Assembly: GCA_016217905.1 (NCBI GenBank)
Contig: JACRFL010000002.1
Coordinates: 18,817 to 82,816 of the forward strand
Source: Candidatus Kaiserbacteria bacterium
Lineage (GTDB): Bacteria > Patescibacteriota > Minisyncoccia > Phycocordibacterales > Phycocordibacteraceae
Direction of reading: 5' to 3'
DNA: 64,000 bases
Part shown: in pieces, positions 56,770 through 64,000 of the stretch
Layout of the letters: each line of letters starts with the position of its first letter
Numbering within the stretch: the stretch's first letter is position 1
Position numbers and translations under genes: made by a program
Notes under the pieces: generated by a model
The model's database searches: none
Seen by the model: the letters and a program-made list of their open reading frames with translations, nothing else
What the model was told of the DNA's origin: nothing

Positions 56770-57984
56770 ATGAAATTCCGCGTCACGATACGCAAAGAAG
56801 GGGCGCCGGACGCCGTGCGCGTACTTGAGGCGCCGTCGCGTTTCGCGATATACGAACAGGTCCAAAAAGACGGCGGAGTCGTCGTCGAGCTCTCCGAAGG
56901 CGAAGGAAGATTCAAACTTCCTGCGTGGCTCTCTTACAGCATCGGCTCCGGCGTGAAGCATGCGGAAATAATCCGGGTGGCGAGAAATCTCTCCGCGATG
57001 CTCGCCGCCGGCCTCTCGCTCTCCAGAGCGCTCTCGGTCATTGAGCGGCAATCAAACAACAAGCACCTCAAAGCGATTATGACCGGGCTGTCCGAGTCGA
57101 TAAAGAAGGGGTCGTCGTTCAACGAGGCGCTCTCCGCGTATCCGAAGGTCTTCCCCGCGCTCTTCATCGCGATGGCGCGTGCGGGAGAAGAGTCGGGGTC
57201 TCTTTCCGACGCGCTTTCCGTCGTCGGGCTCCAGATGGAGCGCTCGGAGGAGCTCGCGCGCAAAGTCAGGGGTGCGATGATCTATCCGTCGATCGTCATT
57301 TCCGCCGTCTTCATCGTAGGCGTCTTGATGCTCATCTACGTCGTCCCGACCCTGACGAGCACGTTCACGTCGCTGGGCGTGCAGATTCCGCTCGCCACCC
57401 GCATTATCGTCGGCCTATCCGATTTCATGGTGGCGCACGTTACCACGGTGATCATTGCGCTCATCGCGCTCGTTACCGGCGGCGTCGCGTTCGTCCGGTC
57501 GCGCCGCGGCAGCCGCATCGTGATCGCGGTCGCGCTCCACGTACCCGTCATCGGCGAACTCGTGCGCGAGACGTACGCGGCGCGCGCCTCCCGCACGCTC
57601 TCTTCGCTCCTTTCCTCCGGCGTGCCAGTCCTTGATGCACTTTCCATAACGAAAGACGTCGTGCGCGCCGAAGCGTTCGCAAGGGTCGTCGGAGAAGCGG
57701 AGGAGCTCGTCAAGAAGGGCGAGCTGCTCTCGGCGTCTTTCGCACAACATGCGAATCTTTACCCGATCTTGATGAGCGACATGCTTACGGTCGGCGAGGA
57801 GACCGGGAAGGTCGCGGAGATGCTGAAGCAGATCGCAGAATTCTACGAGGGCGATGTCGCAGAACGCACGAAAGACCTCTCGACGATCATCGAACCGATC
57901 CTGATGCTCATCATCGGGACGTTCGTCGGCATTTTCGCCGTCTCGATGATTGCCCCGATTTACTCGCTTTCATCGGCAATCTGA
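56770..57984 (+). CDS. pilC: Type IV pilus / T2SS platform protein (GspF/PilC family)
   Basis: Two T2SSF repeats, 3 TM helices; immediately follows pilB. Confidence 0.9.
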   Translation: MKFRVTIRKEGAPDAVRVLEAPSRFAIYEQVQKDGGVVVELSEGEGRFKLPAWLSYSIGSGVKHAEIIRVARNLSAMLAAGLSLSRALSVIERQSNNKHLKAIMTGLSESIKKGSSFNEALSAYPKVFPALFIAMARAGEESGSLSDALSVVGLQMERSEELARKVRGAMIYPSIVISAVFIVGVLMLIYVVPTLTSTFTSLGVQIPLATRIIVGLSDFMVAHVTTVIIALIALVTGGVAFVRSRRGSRIVIAVALHVPVIGELVRETYAARASRTLSSLLSSGVPVLDALSITKDVVRAEAFARVVGEAEELVKKGELLSASFAQHANLYPILMSDMLTVGEETGKVAEMLKQIAEFYEGDVAERTKDLSTIIEPILMLIIGTFVGIFAVSMIAPIYSLSSAI

Positions 57985-59696
57985 TGCCCTCAACCGCGCA
58001 CACCCGGAGGGGCGGATTCGGTCTCATCGACGTCATCGTGAGCATCGCACTCACGCTCATCCTCTTCCTTTCTCTCTTCGGCATCCTGCGCGCCTCGCTC
58101 CTCGTCTCTTCGCTCGCCCGCGCCAAGGCCGGAGCGACCACGATCGCCCAAGTGCAGATGGAATATATGCACGGACTCTCTTATGACTCCGTGGGCACGG
58201 TGGGCGGCATCCCTTCCGGCGCGGTCGTGCAGGATGCGACCACCACCGAGAACGGCATCGATTACGCGGTTCACACCTTCGTGAGCTACGTCGACGACCC
58301 TGCCGACGGCACCGGCGCGAGCGACACGAACGGCATCACTATCGACTACAAGCGGGCGCGTGTTACCGTCTCTTACACGATTGCGGGGCGCACACGATCG
58401 GTCGCTCTGGTAGGCCACTTTGCTCCGCCGGGCATTGAGAGTACGAACGGCGGCGGAACGCTTGCGATAAACGTCGTAAACGCGACCGGCGCGCCGGTAA
58501 ACAATGCGACCGTACACATAACCAACGGCGCGACCGCGCCAACCGTTGACCTCACCACCTTCACCAACAACGCGGGCGTCGTGTATCTGCCCGGTGCGGC
58601 GACCTCCTCGGAATACCAGGTCGCCGTGAGTAAAGCCGGTTACTCGAGCGCGCAGACCTACACGCGCGACCTGATCAACCAGAACCCAACCCCGGGCTAT
58701 CTTGCGGTCGCCAAGGACCAAACCACGAGGAGCACTTTCGCCATCGACCTCCTCTCCACTCTCACGCTCGCGACCTTCTCGCCCATCGCCACAAGTACCT
58801 TCGCCGACGCCTTTGCCGATGCGTCAAAGCTTGCCGCAATGGCTTCGACGACGATTACCGGCGGCGCGCTCGCGCTCCTTTCGGGCGAGACAAGCGGTTC
58901 CGCGCGCTCTCTAGCGACGACGTCTGCGTATCTCGCGAGCTGGGGCGAGGCTAGGGCGACAACGACGATCCCCACGGGCACCTCCGTCACGCTCCACGTA
59001 TACGACGGGGCGGGGAACTTGATTCCCGATGCCATCCTACCCGGCAACGCGGCAGGCTTCGGCAGTTTCCCCGTGCCGCTTTATGGCATCGGAACGACGA
59101 CATATCCCTCGCTCGCCCTGGGGGCGAATTTCACCGGCACGGAAAGCAGCACCCCCGTTATCACCGGCTGGTCGCTCTCGTACGCGTCGGGGCCGACGCC
59201 CCTGTCGAACGTCTCCTTCACTCTCACCGGTGCCAAAACCATCGGATCCACCGGCGGCGGCGCGCCCATCTACAAAACAGTATTTCCCGCGTCCACCGGC
59301 GGCGACGGCACACAGGGCGTCATCCTTGAATGGGACAGTTATAAACTGAATGTCGCGAACTACGGCATTGTGGACGCCTGTCCGTCGCCGCCTTACGCTA
59401 TCGCCCCGGACACGACGCCGAGCGCCACGCTCTTTCTGGCACCGGTGCCCTCCCACTCGCTGCGCGTGGTTGTTACCGACAATGCGGGCGCGGCAGTCGA
59501 CGGCGCGAGTGTGACGGTCGCGCGCGCCGGATTTTCGCAGACGGTGCCGAGCTCCTCGTGCGGCTCGGCATATTTCGACACCCTCGCAAGCGCAAGCGAT
59601 TACACGGTAACGATAGCAAAGATAGGTTACACGACCACCGATTTCACCGGGATCTCCGTAAGCGGCGCCTCGACCGTCAACGCGAGCTTTCCTTAA
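57984..59696 (+). CDS. Giant pilin-like protein (570 aa): prepilin-type N-terminal helix (GFGLIDVIVSIALTLIL) plus beta-sandwich (CarboxypepD_reg/Big-like) repeats
   Basis: Class III-like signal with G|FGLID (Asp rather than Glu at +5). Repeats such as TLAINVVNATGAPVNNATVHITNG and LRVVVTDNAGAAVDGASVTVARAGF. ATGA-type overlap with pilC. Confidence 0.65.
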   Translation: MPSTAHTRRGGFGLIDVIVSIALTLILFLSLFGILRASLLVSSLARAKAGATTIAQVQMEYMHGLSYDSVGTVGGIPSGAVVQDATTTENGIDYAVHTFVSYVDDPADGTGASDTNGITIDYKRARVTVSYTIAGRTRSVALVGHFAPPGIESTNGGGTLAINVVNATGAPVNNATVHITNGATAPTVDLTTFTNNAGVVYLPGAATSSEYQVAVSKAGYSSAQTYTRDLINQNPTPGYLAVAKDQTTRSTFAIDLLSTLTLATFSPIATSTFADAFADASKLAAMASTTITGGALALLSGETSGSARSLATTSAYLASWGEARATTTIPTGTSVTLHVYDGAGNLIPDAILPGNAAGFGSFPVPLYGIGTTTYPSLALGANFTGTESSTPVITGWSLSYASGPTPLSNVSFTLTGAKTIGSTGGGAPIYKTVFPASTGGDGTQGVILEWDSYKLNVANYGIVDACPSPPYAIAPDTTPSATLFLAPVPSHSLRVVVTDNAGAAVDGASVTVARAGFSQTVPSSSCGSAYFDTLASASDYTVTIAKIGYTTTDFTGISVSGASTVNASFP

Positions 59697-59701
59697 ATCC
59701 C

Positions 59702-60307
59702 ATGCGCTTTACTTTTTATACCCGCGGATTCACCCTCATCGAGACGCTCGTCGTCGCGGCGCTCACGGCTATCGTGACGGTCGCGCTGGGCGGGCTCATT
59801 CAGTATTTCTATAAAACCAATGCCTACGTGCTCGAGCAGACACAGGCCACCGAGAGCGCCCGCCGCAGCATCGAGAGCGCGATGGCGGATCTGCGCGAGG
59901 CTTCTTACGGAGCCGACGGCTCCTATCCGCTTATGGCGGCGGCGACGTCGAGCGTTACCTTCTATGCCAACATTGACAGCGACACGGCGATCGAAAGGGT
60001 TCGCTACTACTTGTCGGGAACGACGCTCTACCGCGGCACCACGAAGGCTTCCGGAAACCCGCCCTCCTATGCGGGACAACCCGAGGTCGCGACGCTTGTG
60101 GTCGACAACATCCGCAACGGAACAAGCACGCTCTTTTCTTATTTTGATTCGGCCGGCAACCAGCTTTCCGACCCTATCAACATATCCCTGGTCGCTTCGG
60201 CGAAAGCGCGCGTGATGACCGACGTGAACCCGAACCGCGCGCCGGAGATATTCACGCTCACCGGCAACGCGACATTAAGGAACGTGCGCAGTACAATAAA
60301 GCCATGA
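59702..60307 (+). CDS. Type IV pilin (prepilin with canonical G|FTLIE N-terminus)
   Basis: MRFTFYTRGFTLIETLVVAALTAIVTVALGG. Confidence 0.8.
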   Translation: MRFTFYTRGFTLIETLVVAALTAIVTVALGGLIQYFYKTNAYVLEQTQATESARRSIESAMADLREASYGADGSYPLMAAATSSVTFYANIDSDTAIERVRYYLSGTTLYRGTTKASGNPPSYAGQPEVATLVVDNIRNGTSTLFSYFDSAGNQLSDPINISLVASAKARVMTDVNPNRAPEIFTLTGNATLRNVRSTIKP

Positions 60308-61737
60308 CGCCGCGCGCCTTCCGGGGATCGACGACGCTCCTGGTACTCGTCTTCGGAGGCATTTTCCTCCTTGTGCTCTCGGCGCTTTCCGGACATGTGC
60401 TCGTGCAGAATCGGGCAGAAGATGTAACGCGCATCAAGGCCGAAGCATTCAACGTCGCTGAAGCGGGCTTGGAGTATTACCGCTGGCATCTGGCGCACTT
60501 CCCGAGCGATTTGACAAATGGCACCGGCCTTCCCGGCCCCTACGCGATCGCCATACCGGATCCCTCCGGCGGGGCCATCGGCACCGCTTCGCTTGCAATT
60601 ACGCCGAACACCAGCTGCAACCAAACAACCTCAATCGATATCGCGTCCACGGGTACCGCTTCTGATGGACCCTCATTTTCCCAAACCGTTATCGGCCGCT
60701 ATGCACAGACCTCGGTCGCCTCCTACTCTTATATCGTGAACGACAGCGTGTGGGCGGGAAGCGACCGCATCATTAACGGTCCGTACCACAGCAACGGCGG
60801 CGTGCGCATGGACGGGACGACCAATGCGCCGGTTACCAGTTCGGTTTCGAGTTGGACCTGCACGTCCTCCTTCGGATGTTCCCCGAATGCGACCGAGCCG
60901 GGCGTTTTCGGTGGCGGCTCCAATCAGAATCTCTGGAGGTACCCGACCCCGCAGCTTGACTTCGCCGGCATCGCCGCCGATTTTACTTCGCTCAAGGCGA
61001 CTGCGCAGTCGCGCGGCATTTATCTGCAGCGGTACAGTTCGGGCGCGAGCAACAGCAGCGCGTATCATAAGGGGTATCACCTCGTTTTCAATAGCAACAA
61101 CACGGTCACGGTATACCGCGTTTCTTCCGCGACAAGACTGACCGTCACGCCCGTCAACAGTAGCGACCCGACGACCGATTACGCGCTCATCGGCAACCAA
61201 ACGTCCTACAACACCTACACCATTCCCTCGAACTGCGGCCTTATCTTCGTCGAGGACAACACGTGGGTGGAGGGAATCATACCGTCGAAGGTAACGCTCG
61301 TCGTCGCGAATGTCACCACGACCGGCGTTACGCCTGACGCATTTCTGAAAGGCAGTATCACCTACGCGTCGGCCGACGGGTCCGGCGGCTTCACTCTCAT
61401 CAGCTCCCATGACATTCTGATAACCCCCAATTCTCCGCAAAACATGACGCTTAACGGCGTCTTCATCGCGCAGAGCGGGGCATTCGGGCGCAACTATTAC
61501 GGCAACGCGGGCTGGGGCTGCGACGGCACTTACGAGCCCCGCGGCACGCTCACCATTCTCGGCTCCACCATTTCAAACAAACGCACGGGCACGCAGTGGA
61601 AAAGCGGCTGCTCGCCCGGCAATGCGGGGTATCTCTCGCGCATCGACTCTTTCGACCGCATGCTCGCGAACGATCCGCCGCCGTTCACTCCCGTCATTTC
61701 GACCGATTACTCCTTCGTCGACTGGCAGCAGAAGTAG
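60304..61737 (+). CDS. PilX-N-like minor pilin / pilus-associated large protein (477 aa)
   Basis: N-terminus RGSTTLLVLVFGGIFLLVLSALSG resembles the PilX N-terminal domain. Ser/Thr/Asn/Gly-rich beta-rich remainder. Overlaps the upstream pilin stop. Confidence 0.55.
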   Translation: MTPRAFRGSTTLLVLVFGGIFLLVLSALSGHVLVQNRAEDVTRIKAEAFNVAEAGLEYYRWHLAHFPSDLTNGTGLPGPYAIAIPDPSGGAIGTASLAITPNTSCNQTTSIDIASTGTASDGPSFSQTVIGRYAQTSVASYSYIVNDSVWAGSDRIINGPYHSNGGVRMDGTTNAPVTSSVSSWTCTSSFGCSPNATEPGVFGGGSNQNLWRYPTPQLDFAGIAADFTSLKATAQSRGIYLQRYSSGASNSSAYHKGYHLVFNSNNTVTVYRVSSATRLTVTPVNSSDPTTDYALIGNQTSYNTYTIPSNCGLIFVEDNTWVEGIIPSKVTLVVANVTTTGVTPDAFLKGSITYASADGSGGFTLISSHDILITPNSPQNMTLNGVFIAQSGAFGRNYYGNAGWGCDGTYEPRGTLTILGSTISNKRTGTQWKSGCSPGNAGYLSRIDSFDRMLANDPPPFTPVISTDYSFVDWQQK

Positions 61738-61772
61738 CGCTTCGCGCGGATGGGGGCTGCTATACTTTCCCC

Positions 61773-62516
61773 ATGCTCGTTATCGCGAACTGGAAGGCGT
61801 ACGTCGAAGACGCGAGGAAGGCGCTCCTTCTCTTCGCGGCAAGCAAGCGGGCCGCGCGCGCGACCGGGATCAGCATCGTACTCGCTCCGCCCGCGCCTCT
61901 TCTGGGAATCCTGTCGAGAAACAACCGCTCGACGGTCGCGTTCTGCGCGCAGGACGTCTCGGCAACCACCGGTGGCCCGGAGACCGGCGAGGCGACCGCG
62001 GCGGCATATGCAGCAGCGGGCGCGACGTACGCGCTCGCCGGCCACTCCGAGCGGCGGACGCGGGGCGACACCGATCAAATCGTCTCCGAAAAAATAACGC
62101 GCGCGCTTGCGCACGGGCTCACGCCCGTTCTGTGCGTCGGCGAACGTGAGCGCGACGGCGAAGGCCGCTACCTTGCCTACCTGCGCGAGGAGCTTACGGA
62201 GGCGCTCAAGCCGCTTGCGCCGAAAGAGCGCGCGAACATCGTCGTCGCGTACGAACCTCTCTGGGCCATCGGAAAGGACGCTTCGCTTTCCATTGAACCG
62301 AACGATCTGGCCGAGATGACGCTCTACATACGCAAAGTACTTGCCGAGCTCCTTCCGGGCAAAAGCTCCTCCCGTTCCCGCATACTCTACGGCGGTTCGG
62401 TCGAGTCCGGGAACATCCGCGCGCTCGCGGCAAGCTCCGGCGTCGACGGATTTCTCATCGGGCACGCATCGGTCGATCCGCTGAACTTTCCCCAGATCGT
62501 AAAGCGGCTTATATAA
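61773..62516 (+). CDS. tpiA: Triosephosphate isomerase
   Basis: IANWKAY, AYEPLWAIG and YGGSV motifs. Confidence 0.9.
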   Translation: MLVIANWKAYVEDARKALLLFAASKRAARATGISIVLAPPAPLLGILSRNNRSTVAFCAQDVSATTGGPETGEATAAAYAAAGATYALAGHSERRTRGDTDQIVSEKITRALAHGLTPVLCVGERERDGEGRYLAYLREELTEALKPLAPKERANIVVAYEPLWAIGKDASLSIEPNDLAEMTLYIRKVLAELLPGKSSSRSRILYGGSVESGNIRALAASSGVDGFLIGHASVDPLNFPQIVKRLI

Positions 62517-62518
62517 CG

Positions 62519-63685
62519 ATGCGCAGCGTCCGCGATATACCGTTTTTCGCGAATATTCCGATACTGGTGCGCGCCGCCCTGAATGCCCCCGTCAAAAACG
62601 GGGAGGTGGTGAATGACTACCGCTTGCGGCGAGCCGCGCCGACCATCCGTTTTCTTGCCGAACGGGGCGCAAAAGTCGTCCTCATAAGCCACCTGGGCGA
62701 ACAGGGGACCGAGACTCTCTCCCCTGTCGCGCGCGCGCTCGAAAAAATCGTTCCGGGAACCTCGTTTTTCGGCGAGACTGTCGGGGAACGCGCCCGCGCT
62801 GCGGTGCGCGACCTGCCGCCAAGGAATGTCCTCGTTCTCGAGAACCTGCGCCGCGATAAGGGCGAGCGTACAAACGACCGCGCATTCGCCCGAGAGCTCG
62901 CCGCGCTCGCCGACGTCTTCGTCCAGGACTCGTTCGACACCTGCCACCGTGCGCACGCCTCGATCGTCGGCGTCCCGGAGCTTCTGCCGAGCTATGCGGG
63001 GCTCCTGCTCGAGGAGGAAGTGCACGAACTCTCGCGGGCGCTCGCTCCGAAGCGTCCGGCGCTCGCGGTCATCGGCGGAGCGAAGTTCGGCACGAAAGAG
63101 CCCGTGCTCATGAGGCTTCTGCAGACGTACGACCACGTGTTCGTCGGCGGAGCGCTGGCGAACGATTTTCTAAAAGCCGCAGGACAGCCTGTGGGAAAGT
63201 CGCTTGTCTCGACCGCCGATTCCTCGCATGTGAAAAAACTTCTTGTCAATCCGAAACTCGTCATACCGGTGGACTCGCTCGTCATACCCGCGAGCGCGGT
63301 CGGCACGCCGAACGCGCGGGCGAGAGCGCGTATCGCGAGTCCCGGAGGAGTGTGGTCCGACGAAGTAATCCTCGATCACGGGCCGGGCACCTCCGCGCTT
63401 CTCTCCAGTCTCGCAGAGAAAGCGAAAACCATCCTCTGGAACGGTCCTCTAGGGAAGTATGAAGACGGACTCACGGACGCGACCGATGCGTTTGCGCAAG
63501 CGGTTGCAGCCTCAAATGCCCACTCAATCGTCGGGGGCGGCGACACGATTGCAGCCATAGAGAAGCTCGGCCTCTTGTCGCGGTTCTCCTTCGTCTCCAC
63601 CGGTGGCGGCGCGATGCTCGACTTTCTTGCGAAGGGCATGCTCCCCGGCATTGAGGCCCTCGACAATAGCCCATTTACGCGGTAA
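62519..63685 (+). CDS. pgk: Phosphoglycerate kinase
   Basis: RxDxNVP-like N-terminal region, VLISHLG, GGAKFGTKE and GGGA...FL C-terminal motifs. Confidence 0.9.
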   Translation: MRSVRDIPFFANIPILVRAALNAPVKNGEVVNDYRLRRAAPTIRFLAERGAKVVLISHLGEQGTETLSPVARALEKIVPGTSFFGETVGERARAAVRDLPPRNVLVLENLRRDKGERTNDRAFARELAALADVFVQDSFDTCHRAHASIVGVPELLPSYAGLLLEEEVHELSRALAPKRPALAVIGGAKFGTKEPVLMRLLQTYDHVFVGGALANDFLKAAGQPVGKSLVSTADSSHVKKLLVNPKLVIPVDSLVIPASAVGTPNARARARIASPGGVWSDEVILDHGPGTSALLSSLAEKAKTILWNGPLGKYEDGLTDATDAFAQAVAASNAHSIVGGGDTIAAIEKLGLLSRFSFVSTGGGAMLDFLAKGMLPGIEALDNSPFTR

Positions 63686-63737
63686 CGTGCAGCCTACAAA
63701 CGGCCTATGGTGGCCGTTTGAAAAGGGGGAGTTATCT

Positions 63738-63941
63738 ATGAAGCTGATCGCTTTAGCTGTAACCGTCCTGATGGGGACTATGTTCCTCGCAGTAAAGTTC
63801 GACTTGGGATTGTTCGGAACGGTGGTGACGGGCATCGTGCTCTCCGTCATCGTGGCCCTGGTGAATGAGGCCGTCGACGTGGCGTTCCACGGCCCGCTCG
63901 GTAACAGGCGATTGGACGAATCCGAGTTCGAAGAAGAGTGA
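63738..63941 (+). CDS. Small hypothetical 2-TM membrane protein (67 aa)
   Basis: AAAGGGGGA RBS 8 nt upstream of the ATG. MKLIALAVTVLMGTMFLAVKF...VVTGIVLSVIVALV. Confidence 0.4.
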   Translation: MKLIALAVTVLMGTMFLAVKFDLGLFGTVVTGIVLSVIVALVNEAVDVAFHGPLGNRRLDESEFEEE

Positions 63942-64000
63942 AAAAAGCTTTGACACGATACGCGCCCGCACCTCTGGTGCCGGCGCTTTTTGTTACGATT

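Overview
This is a high-GC (about 63-65%) bacterial window whose gene content and order look like a Candidate Phyla Radiation (Patescibacteria)-type genome. Its core is a near-canonical str/S10/spc ribosomal super-operon on the minus strand, but L30 is absent (rpsE abuts rplO). Map is fused in-frame to Ndk, and several ribosomal proteins carry Lys/Ala-rich extensions. Upstream of rpsL there is an operon of four secreted or membrane proteins. The gene order there is rpsL-rpsG-[hicB-hicA]-fusA-[antitoxin-RelE/ParE toxin]-tuf-rpsJ...rplO-secY-adk-map::ndk. Elsewhere the window carries infC-rpmI-rplT, an MBL/beta-CASP RNase, and two base-excision glycosylases (nth-like plus a partial mutY-like gene). 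It also has a secreted PLD-type nuclease next to a VKOR homolog, and a housekeeping block (ksgA, a UvrD-like helicase, a LysM-M23 peptidase, comM, rpsO, xerD, xth, cca, rarA, hup, rny, clpP, ppa, nusA). Four tRNA genes are present (Arg-TCG, Gly-GCC, Pro-TGG, Gly-TCC). A type IV pilus block (pilB, pilC, three pilin-like genes, two of them giant) is followed by tpiA-pgk. The most striking signal is three independent, low-GC toxin-antitoxin cassettes (RelE/ParE-type, HicAB, Phd-RelE). Each sits directly after the stop codon of a host gene (fusA, rpsG, xth) and is followed by a relic duplicate of that gene's 3' terminus. Two of them lie inside the essential str operon. A second anomaly is a 1.2 kb AT-rich (about 35% GC) single-gene island between rny and clpP. 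It encodes a wHTH-GHKL ATPase-STAS-like protein and is bounded by 11-bp direct repeats. All calls rest on reading the sequence and recognising protein motifs. No database searches were run.
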